The translations under genes and the position numbers were made by a program. 64,000 nucleotides of DNA from a virus. The stretch is taken from IMG/VR virus record IMGVR_UViG_3300045988_138376; one strand, given 5' to 3'. Shown piece after piece: positions 9,560 to 17,407 of this stretch. Numbering within the stretch: position 1 is the first letter of the stretch; each line of letters begins with the position of its first letter. Below the pieces are notes generated by a model that saw only the letters and a list, made by a program, of their open reading frames with translations, was not told the origin of the DNA and did not search any database.

Positions 9560-10628
9560 GGTTCAATGGTTTTCTTTTCCACTCTTTTTTTTCTGAATTC
9601 CAATTATAATACACTCCCTGACAATATACTGTTGCACCATTAGGACGTTCGTTAGGTTTATATCCATCATATACGCCCCATTCAGGGTTATTAGTTGTAC
9701 AATAGGCATTGATGTTATCATTCCAAAACAGTGATATACCATCACATGATGGAGTGTATGCCTCTTTATAAGCCTTGTCTCCCAAATTGATAATCATATC
9801 ATAGTCTCTTTTAGCAGAAGGAGAATTATGCAATGCTCCTGATAATATGGAGTCAAAATTGCCTTTTGTATTGCTTATAAGCCACATGAAACTTGCTTTC
9901 CATGCTTTACCATTATCTCCTCCTTTGTAGAAATCAGGCAAAGACTCGCAAAGCAATATAGCTTTTTTAATATCATCAACCGAATATCCATCCCTTATTC
10001 TTGAATTAATGGCTGACTTTATTTTCTCAGAAATAACATGGACTTTAGCAAACGATTTGGTACTGTTATTCCAGAAATCAACAATTTCTTTATAAATTTC
10101 TTTATTTTGTTTATTAGTAGAAGAGTTATTAGTATTATTATAGTCTTTTGGTTCGTAGTTGACTACGACCCCCTCTTGTAGTTGACTACGACCCCCCTCT
10201 TGTAGTTGACTACGACCCCCCTCTTGTAGTTGAGTGTCATAACATGATGTGGTTGAATACTTAATTTTTTCATATAGACCAGTCAAGCGAAATGATGTAA
10301 ATGTGCCTTGACCTTGCGCCCTTAATATTTTTTTTTCTAATATGCCTAATTCTACCATCTTATCTATTCTATCAGATAAAGCCTGTTTCTTTATATCCAA
10401 TATTGGTAAATCTTCAAGAATAAGATTATATGTTATCCAATAATAAAGTTTATCGTCTATGATTTGCTTGGTAAATTTATCACGATGTATAATATCTGCA
10501 ATTACCTGTATTATTAGTAAATCAGATACATCTAATGCTATCTTTCTATCCTTTCCCTTTTTATCTTTAATGATTTTATAAATAGATAGCACAGCCTCTT
10601 GATTGAAGTCTAAAATGTTGTATTTCAT
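9552..10628 (-). CDS. replication organizer/initiator-like protein (N-terminal winged-helix-like domain, C-terminal conserved phage replication domain)
   Basis: 358 aa. The C-terminal region (IRDGYSVDDIKKAILLC...WKASFMWLI) resembles the conserved phage C-terminal domain seen in DnaD/replisome-organizer proteins, from memory. The gene contains a triple repeat and lies upstream of the primase-helicase. Confidence 0.6.
   Translation of the reverse strand: MKYNILDFNQEAVLSIYKIIKDKKGKDRKIALDVSDLLIIQVIADIIHRDKFTKQIIDDKLYYWITYNLILEDLPILDIKKQALSDRIDKMVELGILEKKILRAQGQGTFTSFRLTGLYEKIKYSTTSCYDTQLQEGGRSQLQEGGRSQLQEGVVVNYEPKDYNNTNNSSTNKQNKEIYKEIVDFWNNSTKSFAKVHVISEKIKSAINSRIRDGYSVDDIKKAILLCESLPDFYKGGDNGKAWKASFMWLISNTKGNFDSILSGALHNSPSAKRDYDMIINLGDKAYKEAYTPSCDGISLFWNDNINAYCTTNNPEWGVYDGYKPNERPNGATVYCQGVYYNWNSEKKEWKRKPLNHE
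10155..10233. repeat. 3.3 tandem copies of a 23/24-bp unit GTAGTTGACTACGACCCCC(C)TCTT (iteron-like)
   Basis: Read directly from the sequence. Each unit contains the palindrome GTAGT-TG-ACTAC. The repeats encode LQEGGRSQ x3 in the linker of the replication protein. Confidence 0.9.
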
Positions 10629-10632
10629 AATT

Positions 10633-10765
10633 TCTGCATTTAATTAATAAAAAAAAATACCTTTTCCCTGTTTTTTATCTGCATTTAAAAGAGAAGAGAT
10701 GGGAAGGAATGCAGACCTCATTGTATGTTAGCTAATCCATACTTACCCATCTCTTGTTAGTACTG
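10633..10765 (-). ncRNA. structured 5' leader RNA, family copy 3 (upstream of replication organizer)
   Basis: Closing helix AGAGATGGG/CCCATCTCT, hairpin GTATG/CATAC, and conserved GGG..CTTCCC frame. The internal TCTGCAT is complementary to ATGCAGA at 10678-10684 and at 10633-10639. Confidence 0.55.
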
Positions 10766-10773
10766 CAAAGATA
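10766..10773 (-). promoter_or_regulatory. -7 promoter box TATCTTTG (minus strand)
   Basis: caaagata on the plus strand, immediately upstream of the leader structure. Confidence 0.55.
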
Positions 10774-10778
10774 GCACT

Positions 10779-11066
10779 TTATTTGTTATTATCCATTTTC
10801 TCCTTTAATTTTTCTTCCGCCTCAGCTAATCTTTTCTTTAGTTCTATGACGACTTTAGACAGCGCGTAATCATTGACCCATTTAACATCGTCTATTTGCG
10901 CTAATATCGTCCCAAAATCGCGATTTAAATCATAAAGTATACTCTCAGTACTCTGCGACAAGAAAGTGTCTAATTTCGCACTACGCAAACCGAATGGGGT
11001 ATTGTATACAATATTGCCTTTCTTCTCTTCTTCCAACACCAATTTCTTAATATAGTTATTCTCCAT
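10779..11066 (-). CDS. hypothetical coiled-coil protein
   Basis: 95-aa ORF separated by 1 nt from the upstream gene. Confidence 0.55.
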   Translation of the reverse strand: MENNYIKKLVLEEEKKGNIVYNTPFGLRSAKLDTFLSQSTESILYDLNRDFGTILAQIDDVKWVNDYALSKVVIELKKRLAEAEEKLKEKMDNNK

Positions 11067-11067
11067 G

Positions 11068-11367
11068 TTAGTATCCCTCCTCTCTTATTGTCTTTAAAGC
11101 TCTTTCAATAGCAGTTTTTATAGATTTCGATATAGTCCTTCTATAAAAAGATTCTTTAACCGTAAATAATATATATCGCAAATGGTTCAATTCATAAGAA
11201 TATTCAATGTTAATAAAATATGGTTTGACTTGTATCTTTAACTCAAATTCTACAGTATCAGAATTGAGCATCCATTTAGAATCAGGTGCGGAAGTAATAG
11301 TTATAGGCAAACTATTTAATAATTCCTCCATGTTGTTCATCTCTTGCAAATTTATCATATTCTTCAT
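11068..11367 (-). CDS. hypothetical protein (start uncertain; internal Met codons at 11340 or 11331 are possible)
   Basis: 99-aa ORF. It overlaps the upstream ORF by 56 nt if the first ATG is used. Confidence 0.5.
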   Translation of the reverse strand: MKNMINLQEMNNMEELLNSLPITITSAPDSKWMLNSDTVEFELKIQVKPYFINIEYSYELNHLRYILFTVKESFYRRTISKSIKTAIERALKTIREEGY

Positions 11368-11728
11368 ATTGTTTTTTATCTATTTTAGCCCAAAAAATAA
11401 TTACAACCAATTTGTTATGCCTTATGCTTAACTCTTTTGCCACACGAGTGATATTAAAATATTCGCCATGTGTTTTATATCCTACTCCTCCTTTACGTCC
11501 ATCGGGTAACTGAAATGCGCAATAATAATAATTTAAATTATTGAGATTATCTTTTGCATTATTACTATTTGTGGAACATTCTAATCTATGAACCCGAACT
11601 TTCAAAGACTCAATATCAGATTCGATCTTATCAGTCCCATGATTTAGGTCGCACTCTTCTGAATTGAAAAAATCGCGAATCAAGTTTTTTACGCTCTCTT
11701 TTTCTGATTTACTTTTAAATAACTTCAT
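11312..11728 (-). CDS. hypothetical protein
   Basis: 138-aa ORF with an ATGA start/stop overlap with the upstream small HTH gene. Confidence 0.55.
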   Translation of the reverse strand: MKLFKSKSEKESVKNLIRDFFNSEECDLNHGTDKIESDIESLKVRVHRLECSTNSNNAKDNLNNLNYYYCAFQLPDGRKGGVGYKTHGEYFNITRVAKELSIRHNKLVVIIFWAKIDKKQYEEYDKFARDEQHGGIIK

Positions 11729-11889
11729 GGCTTTTTGTTTTTTAATTCTTCATCGGTTAGTTTTATAAAAATGGTTTTATCTATAGTGACGGTCTTAACT
11801 AAACCTTTTAAGATTCTCACTCGGATCATCTCTTTAGACAAATCCAACATTTTTGCATAAGTGCTAATTCTAACTAAATTTTCGTACAT
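11725..11889 (-). CDS. small helix-turn-helix protein, family member 2 of 4 (below the ORF-track size cutoff)
   Basis: My hand translation gives a 54-aa product, MYENLVRISTYAKMLDLSKEMIRVRILKGLVKTVTIDKTIFIKL.... It is paralogous to 3609..3809. It starts 2 nt after the antirepressor stop. Confidence 0.55.
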   Translation of the reverse strand: MYENLVRISTYAKMLDLSKEMIRVRILKGLVKTVTIDKTIFIKLTDEELKNKKP

Positions 11890-11890
11890 A

Positions 11891-12610
11891 TTACTTTCTT
11901 TTGTTTTTAATGGTTTTACTTATAAAATCAACTCCTTTTTGGTAGACAAGCGTCTTAATGTTCATACATGGCTCTCCATTTTTCATGTATTTTTGCTCTA
12001 TAACTCTAAAATATCCGCGATCAACATAGATTTGGAAAGGAACATTATTCGACATTAATATCTTTTCATTTCTTAAAAACTCAAAGAGATTGTTTCGCCC
12101 CATTCCTTTAATACCTAAAACTTTAGCTACATCATTCATGGATATTGCAGTCTTACTGTCGGCAACAGTATCGAAGAATTCAGCCTTAGGCTTCATCTCT
12201 TTATTTTCAATTTGAAGCCTTTCGTTCTCCTCAACTTTGTCAGCGAGTTGCCTCAACGCTTCTGCATAGCTTGGAAGTTTAGGCTGAACCGAATAACTTC
12301 CATTTTTGCGGATTGAAGGCAGAACTTCCGAAGTAATCCATTTTCTAAACTTTTTGGCTTCTGGCTTGCGGGAGTCAAGTATTACGTCATACAAACCGTC
12401 TTCGTTGACAAAGTTCGCTTGTTGAATTCCTCCTGCTGTTAAAAGGGGGTACTTTGAAAGTACATCCTCTCCCAAACGTTGGGCTACCTTGCTTGGAGTA
12501 AGATCTAATACCAGACAAAGGTCTGCCAAACAAAACATTGGTTCTCCATTCTCATTCATTGCAATTCTTACTTGTCCAAATTGCTCGTTTTCAAAAATCT
12601 TTAATTCCAT
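11891..12610 (-). CDS. phage antirepressor, Bro-N plus KilAC-type C-terminal domain
   Basis: The N-terminus FENEQFGQVRIAMNENGEPMFCLADLCLVL is Bro-N-like. The C-terminus is paralogous to those of 40462..41184 and 2817..3578. Confidence 0.75.
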   Translation of the reverse strand: MELKIFENEQFGQVRIAMNENGEPMFCLADLCLVLDLTPSKVAQRLGEDVLSKYPLLTAGGIQQANFVNEDGLYDVILDSRKPEAKKFRKWITSEVLPSIRKNGSYSVQPKLPSYAEALRQLADKVEENERLQIENKEMKPKAEFFDTVADSKTAISMNDVAKVLGIKGMGRNNLFEFLRNEKILMSNNVPFQIYVDRGYFRVIEQKYMKNGEPCMNIKTLVYQKGVDFISKTIKNKRK

Positions 12611-12633
12611 ATTTAATATTTTAAATTACTCTG

Positions 12634-12641
12634 CAAATATA
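12634..12641 (-). promoter_or_regulatory. -7 promoter box TATATTTG (minus strand)
   Basis: caaatata on the plus strand, 24 nt upstream of the ATG at 12610. Confidence 0.5.
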
Positions 12642-12660
12642 ATGGTTAATTGTCAATAAC

Positions 12661-12700
12661 CAAACAAAAAGAGCAAAAAGAGGAGAATTTAACCTCCTCT
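12661..12700 (-). terminator. rho-independent terminator after dnaN
   Basis: On the minus strand, stem AGAGGAG/CTCCTCT (12679-12685 with 12694-12700) is followed by TTTTTGCTCTTTTT. Confidence 0.65.
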
Positions 12701-12718
12701 TTTAAATTTGTTCATATA

Positions 12719-13855
12719 TTAACAGAATGGGCATGTCATGGCAAGTTCAGAATCATATTCTGTGTTTTTTATTTTAATGGGAGTACTTTCTCCTGTAAAA
12801 CATAAACTCACCTTATCACACATAATAGAATTTACTACCATAGAAAGATAGCTTATACTAAATCTTTGAGTTATTGGAACTACTTCTCCATCAGAGTCAA
12901 AAGGTATCAATTCTTCTGTTTTTTTATTATAGTCAATGTTTTCGGCATAGATATAAATGCTGTTATCTCTAACACTTACATCACATACGCTGTTAATATT
13001 ATCCGAAAGCAAAGAAGTACGTCGTAAGGCAGAAATTAATGCTTTCTTATCAACATTGATACATGTCTTATCAGGAAGATTAATCAGTCTGTCAAATGGA
13101 GGAAGAGCTTTTTTCTCTAATTTTTGAATCAGAACCATCACATCTCCACAAACAAACATCATATTGTTTTCTGAATTTGTTATTTTAACATTCTTGTCCT
13201 TAATTGATTTTAAAGCAGATTCTAACCCATCAAAAGCAGTCTTGTCAATAGAAAGCGTACATTCTCCCTTATAATCAATATCTGTATATGTATCGTAGTA
13301 CATATTATGTCCCTCAGAAGCGTATACTTTGGCAGTACCTTCGGACAATACGATATGCACGCATTGTTTGTTTGGGAAAAATTCATCCTCCAACAAAAAG
13401 GGTTTGCTCTTTTCAATCCAATATAATAGCATATTTGCATCAAAAAGGAAAGATTCAGTAGTAGTATCTATTTTTAATACAGGAAACTCGCGAGCATCTT
13501 CAAGAGGAAATTTAATCGAACTATTCTCTGTCTTAATCTCAGCAATGCCTTTATATGAATATTTATCTATTTTTTCTTCTTCAATATTGATTTCAATTAA
13601 ATCATCATTGATCAAAGAAATATATTTTCTCAATTCTATAGAATCAATGCAAAACACAATATCTTCTTCCGAAGATTCTACTGGGCATTTTGCTTTAATA
13701 GCATTTTTACCATTATAAGACATGATCCAGCAATCATTGCCTCTTATTGTTATTTTAGCACATCCCAAAATAGGAAGAATTTTCTTGCTGCCTGCATAAC
13801 CACCTCCGACTATAAGTCCGGAATTTAAACTTTTTCTGTTAAATACGATTTTCAT
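12719..13855 (-). CDS. dnaN: DNA polymerase III beta sliding clamp homologue
   Basis: 378 aa, the typical clamp length. The N-terminus MKIVFNRKSLNSGL....KKILPILGCAKITIRGN follows the DnaN pattern. Confidence 0.7.
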   Translation of the reverse strand: MKIVFNRKSLNSGLIVGGGYAGSKKILPILGCAKITIRGNDCWIMSYNGKNAIKAKCPVESSEEDIVFCIDSIELRKYISLINDDLIEINIEEEKIDKYSYKGIAEIKTENSSIKFPLEDAREFPVLKIDTTTESFLFDANMLLYWIEKSKPFLLEDEFFPNKQCVHIVLSEGTAKVYASEGHNMYYDTYTDIDYKGECTLSIDKTAFDGLESALKSIKDKNVKITNSENNMMFVCGDVMVLIQKLEKKALPPFDRLINLPDKTCINVDKKALISALRRTSLLSDNINSVCDVSVRDNSIYIYAENIDYNKKTEELIPFDSDGEVVPITQRFSISYLSMVVNSIMCDKVSLCFTGESTPIKIKNTEYDSELAMTCPFC

Positions 13856-14030
13856 AATTACGCGATTTTTTTATAATTCAAATCAAAATATTCGATAATA
13901 TCCTTCAAATCAATACTGACATACCATGATGCCATACAATCTGTACTCCATACTTAAAGAATTCATGCCCTAAAATATGCGATATGGAAATTCGGTGCAT
14001 GGTTTCTTATTTTCACTCATTTCTTATCTA

Positions 14031-14264
14031 TTATTCGTTAATATTAGGAATCTGACCAACTTTCATATAGTAGTCTATATTTTCATGAAGAGAGCTTTCT
14101 TTTCCGTTTATTATATCAACTACATTATTCCATGAACGCATTACATTTCGATCCAAACATGATTCTCTTTTTGGACAATCAAGCGCATTTGCTACCATCC
14201 GAAGCGTATTAGCTATTTCTTTAAGCTTCCAAAGAGGAACATTAATGGTTTCATTCACTTTCAT
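14031..14264 (-). CDS. hypothetical small protein
   Basis: 77-aa ORF that overlaps the upstream gene by 14 nt. Confidence 0.5.
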   Translation of the reverse strand: MKVNETINVPLWKLKEIANTLRMVANALDCPKRESCLDRNVMRSWNNVVDIINGKESSLHENIDYYMKVGQIPNINE

Positions 14265-14514
14265 AAGATATTTCTTTTTTTTCGTTATTCAACATTTCTG
14301 CAAATTCTGCAATTATACCATCTCTATCAACGTCAAGAACCCGATTGTCTAATACAGATGAAAGGACTTCGATGGATTTTCTTTTTTGAGCTTCAACTCC
14401 CTTATAAAACATATTCAGCATGGCATTCTGCCGATATGCAAATTCTCCATTAACAACAATTGCATAACTTTGCCAAAGTTCTCTGCTTGCAATTTCTTCT
14501 AAACTTTTTCCCAT
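14251..14514 (-). CDS. hypothetical small protein
   Basis: 87-aa ORF within an operon of overlapping genes. Confidence 0.5.
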   Translation of the reverse strand: MGKSLEEIASRELWQSYAIVVNGEFAYRQNAMLNMFYKGVEAQKRKSIEVLSSVLDNRVLDVDRDGIIAEFAEMLNNEKKEISYESE

Positions 14515-15113
14515 TTCAAAATTCGTTTTGTTACTTTTTTAATGTTTTCATTGAAAACCATATCAATATCATTTAATGCTTTTCTAAACAATCTTGTATC
14601 CATTTGGTGATGATAGCCATTATAAAGATTAAACCAGATACTATCGTCTTTTAAATCTTCTATAATTCCTTTTTCACCATTAGTCAGAGAATCATTCACA
14701 TAAAAAAGAACGCGATGAAGATACTCAATGAAGAAATGACAATAAGGGCGCATATAGAACTTTGTATAAAAAAGCTGTTTTGCAGTGCCAGATATAATCC
14801 TTTTGCCTGAATCATCATATTTATCTAAAACTTCTTGAAGATCTTTATAAGCTTCAATTGCTTCATTCGATAGTTCATCCTGACTGTAAACATAATCAGA
14901 CGGGTTAACGTCACAACCAAAAACATTTCCTATGAAATAAGAAAAATCTTCAGCGTCAGAATAACTAATACCACCAGTTTTAGCCAAAGTTGCACAATCA
15001 ACAATTCTAAAGTAAGCTTCGTAATATTGTAAAACAGCCGCAGCAGACAACAATCGCTGACACAACAGCGCACGACGTATATGTTTATACTTTCTCAGAT
15101 TCTTCATATTCAC
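14499..15113 (-). CDS. hypothetical protein
   Basis: 204-aa ORF, co-oriented with its neighbours. Confidence 0.6.
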   Translation of the reverse strand: MNMKNLRKYKHIRRALLCQRLLSAAAVLQYYEAYFRIVDCATLAKTGGISYSDAEDFSYFIGNVFGCDVNPSDYVYSQDELSNEAIEAYKDLQEVLDKYDDSGKRIISGTAKQLFYTKFYMRPYCHFFIEYLHRVLFYVNDSLTNGEKGIIEDLKDDSIWFNLYNGYHHQMDTRLFRKALNDIDMVFNENIKKVTKRILKWEKV

Positions 15114-15270
15114 CCGGCTTTAAGATTATAAACCTAACACCGTCTATCATAACAGAATCAACAGCATCTTTCCGAATCCATTGCGCCACAGTCTCGCGAA
15201 CAACACCGCGAAGCTCCGCATAGTGACGAACAGTTACCAATCTACTAATGTCATACATCCTTTTCTCCAT
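15085..15270 (-). CDS. small helix-turn-helix protein, family member 3 of 4
   Basis: 61 aa. The segment VTVRHYAELRGVVRETVAQWIRKDAV..IDGVRFII marks the family. It starts 2 nt after the Rha-type gene. Confidence 0.6.
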   Translation of the reverse strand: MEKRMYDISRLVTVRHYAELRGVVRETVAQWIRKDAVDSVMIDGVRFIILKPGEYEESEKV

Positions 15271-15272
15271 AA

Positions 15273-15974
15273 TTACTTTGTTTTTAATAAGTTAATAATA
15301 AAATCTCTTCCTTTACCAGTCCAACGTCTATCATATTGAATCGTTCCGTTGTCAAGCTGTATTTGTTTTACCGAAGTATATCCTTTTTCAGAGTACTCGG
15401 AATACATCAACCATGTGCCGTTCTGCTTATACTGAATACGTTTTTCTTCAAGCAGCTTATTTAAAGCTATCGCAGACTTCATCCCAAGTTCTTTGGCAAT
15501 CTCACTCGATGTATATGTCTTGCCGTTATGAACGAGAAGCTTCACGTGATCTTTAGCCTCTTTTGCTTCAAGCAAAGCAGCCTCTTTCGCCTTATATTGT
15601 TCAGCCCAAGCAATAGCTGCCTCAGCAGGATTTGTAAAGTCTGGCAATTGAATTACGTTTGAACGCTTCTCCATCTCCAATTCCTCCCATCTATTGATAA
15701 TCTTTTCACGTAACAATGCGTCATAACCCGAAGCGAGAATTAAACAACCTTTCTTTGTTAGATTGTAACATGGCCTTGGCTTTCCTTGATTATCCGAATA
15801 TTCCGCCAATTCAAAATTGATTTGGCTAACGCCTTGTTCTAACAAGTTACGTATGTCACGCATTACATTAGAATGCTGTTTGCTCGTGAGTACCGCAATT
15901 TCAATAGAACTCATGGTTTCTTTTGCGTTTATAGTTTCGCCAACTTTCTCTAAATTAAATTTCATTTCTTTCAT
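15273..15974 (-). CDS. Rha-family phage regulatory protein with antirepressor-like C-terminal domain
   Basis: The segment SSIEIAVLTSKQHSNVMRDIRNL...YNLTKKGCLILASGY..INRWEELE matches the Phage_pRha pattern. Confidence 0.7.
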   Translation of the reverse strand: MKEMKFNLEKVGETINAKETMSSIEIAVLTSKQHSNVMRDIRNLLEQGVSQINFELAEYSDNQGKPRPCYNLTKKGCLILASGYDALLREKIINRWEELEMEKRSNVIQLPDFTNPAEAAIAWAEQYKAKEAALLEAKEAKDHVKLLVHNGKTYTSSEIAKELGMKSAIALNKLLEEKRIQYKQNGTWLMYSEYSEKGYTSVKQIQLDNGTIQYDRRWTGKGRDFIINLLKTK

Positions 15975-15990
15975 CGTTTTGATTATGATG

Positions 15991-15998
15991 CAAAGATA
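15991..15998 (-). promoter_or_regulatory. -7 promoter box TATCTTTG (minus strand) for the leftward operon
   Basis: caaagata on the plus strand, 17 nt upstream of the ATG at 15974. Confidence 0.55.
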
Positions 15999-16057
15999 AA
16001 ACCAATTTAGTAATTCGCAATACGCAATTTAGTATTTAACTCTAATTTAACACATAC

Positions 16058-16100
16058 ACAAAAAAAAGAAGCGGACATCAGAAATAAATCCAATGTCCGC
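16058..16100 (-). terminator. rho-independent terminator (minus strand)
   Basis: Stem GCGGACAT/ATGTCCGC (16071-16078 with 16093-16100) is followed on the minus strand by TTCTTTTTTTT. Confidence 0.7.
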
Positions 16101-16318
16101 CCGCATATATTGAAAGAAAAGTGATGAAGAATCTAACAACGCCACAAAGGTAAGAACTAATTTCCAAATACGCAATATAAAGCCCAAATTTTAACGATCT
16201 CTCACAAACATAAGGGAACTATCACATGTACATAGAAAATGGCTAAAACACGAGAATATTAGCCTTATTTAAAGGGTAAACGATAAACTCACTGGACGAA
16301 GATGGAGGAAACGGCTAA
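16058..16318 (-). ncRNA. candidate ~260-nt non-coding transcript (promoter TAAATTTG at 16324-16331 to terminator at 16058-16100)
   Basis: No ORF longer than 7 codons lies between the promoter box and the terminator. There is an internal GGCTAA/TTAGCC hairpin. The -33 element is absent, so promoter strength is uncertain. Confidence 0.35.
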
Positions 16319-16330
16319 ATCGGCAAATTT

Positions 16331-16371
16331 AAAAAGAAAAAAAGAGGATAACGCGAAAAACGAAATCCTCT
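16331..16371 (-). terminator. rho-independent terminator (minus strand)
   Basis: Stem AGAGGAT/ATCCTCT (16344-16350 with 16365-16371) is followed on the minus strand by TTTTTTTCTTTTT. Confidence 0.65.
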
Positions 16372-16428
16372 ACTCTTTTAAAGTGCAGTAGCCCCATTCA
16401 AGACGAAACAGTGCACTATGGATAAACA
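16331..16428 (-). ncRNA. candidate ~95-nt small RNA (promoter to terminator unit)
   Basis: A -33 TTTG (16460-16463) and a -7 TATATTTG (16434-16441) are spaced 18 nt apart. They are followed by hairpin AGTGCA/TGCACT (16382-16417) and the terminator hairpin. No ORF is present. Confidence 0.45.
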
Positions 16429-16433
16429 CAATG

Positions 16434-16463
16434 CAAATATAGACAGAAATTGGGAAATACAAA
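16434..16463 (-). promoter_or_regulatory. Bacteroidetes-type promoter (-33 TTTG, -7 TATATTTG), minus strand
   Basis: Both elements are read directly from the sequence, with an 18-nt spacer. Confidence 0.55.
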
Positions 16464-17095
16464 ATAAATGAAGAGAAAATAAAAGAATAGAATACATAAA
16501 AAATATGAATAACATATTGATTTTCAGAAAAATAAAAAAAATAAAAGTAAAAAAATTTCGAGAAAGAGTAGACTGAGCCCAATATCCGAAAGCGGGGGAG
16601 GGGGAGTCCCGACGGGATATCCAGCAACAAAAGGAGGTCAAACATCGACGAGTACGCTAATACATTGGCAAAATAGAGACTTTTATACTAAAATGGTATA
16701 TCTGTATACATTGGTGTGAAATATCGCCTAATTTGGCCTTAAAACGCGTCTTATTCGTTCGTTTAGTGTTTTGGGAGTTAAAATATAAAGCTTGAAGCAC
16801 GTAGAAAAGCAATATTTACGCTTTTTGAGGCGCTTTTTCATCATTTGGAGGGTGTTCTTGCGAGAAAGGGCGCGAGCCCGCCTAAACTATACCCGCTCCG
16901 CTCTTTTTTCTTTGTCTCTTTCTTTTCCTTCATTCTCCATCCTGGTACTTTCTTCATTTGCATTTTCTTTTTGCCTTATTTTCATTCTTTCCATTTCTCT
17001 TTCTGTTATTCTTTTGATTGTATCTTTATTGCTTTCTTCTTCTCCCTCTTTTATTCTTTCTCTAAAGTTCCATTTATTTTTTCTATGATAATAAT
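16440..17095. other. mirrored strand-composition tracts: ~120-bp purine-rich (plus strand) tract and ~200-bp pyrimidine-rich tract flanking a core with short GC-rich hairpins
   Basis: 16440-16560 is almost all A/G on the plus strand and 16890-17095 is almost all T/C. GC-rich islands lie at 16585-16620 and 16861-16900. The ORF-track hits here are low-complexity and start at non-ATG codons. Confidence 0.6.
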
Positions 17096-17149
17096 GCTCG
17101 TCATAGATTTATTCTATTGACTCTTTGTTACCGCTTGGTAACATTGTGT

Positions 17150-17275
17150 ATTGTCTATATTATATATATATTAATATTAATATTATATCGTGTTATATAT
17201 AAATATCCAAGTAATATATATACTTCACTACGTTACGTAATATATTACATTGTATATTCATATAAACACTATAGT
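17150..17275. other. TA-dinucleotide-rich block (candidate DNA unwinding element)
   Basis: The sequence tatattatatatatattaatattaatattatat...taatatatata...tacgttacgtaatatattacattgtatattcatataa is preceded by the perfect hairpin GTTACC-GCTT-GGTAAC at 17127-17142. Confidence 0.4.
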
Positions 17276-17399
17276 GTAAAATCTTCGATTTTGTTGGTAT
17301 TTACAGTTAACAAACCTTTAATATGTTCTTTTGTTGTTAATAGGTGTTATCTATCTGTCTTTTTACGTGTTGTTGTTTGGCTATTCCGAATATAACACC

Positions 17400-17407
17400 T
17401 ATATTTG
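17400..17407 (+). promoter_or_regulatory. -7 promoter box TATATTTG for the rightward arm
   Basis: Perfect TAnnTTTG. It is followed by a ~380-nt leader containing hairpin AACCTGTAA-GACTGG-TTACAGGTT before the first gene at 17796. Confidence 0.5.

Noticed and set aside
16590-16620. Possible G-quadruplex in GCGGGGGAGGGGGAGTCCCGACGGG.
   Set aside because: Only three G-runs of three or more are present, so a canonical three-tetrad quadruplex cannot form. It is treated simply as a GC-rich hairpin-prone island.
16370-17395. Track ORFs in the central region (16370..16645 -, 16378..16641 -, 16792..17088 +, 16845..17120 +, 17117..17395 +).
   Set aside because: They are low-complexity Ser/Phe/Leu or Tyr/Ile strings produced by homopyrimidine and TA-rich tracts. 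Pairs of them overlap in different frames. At least 16792 starts at TTG. The same DNA carries promoter and terminator signals for non-coding units.
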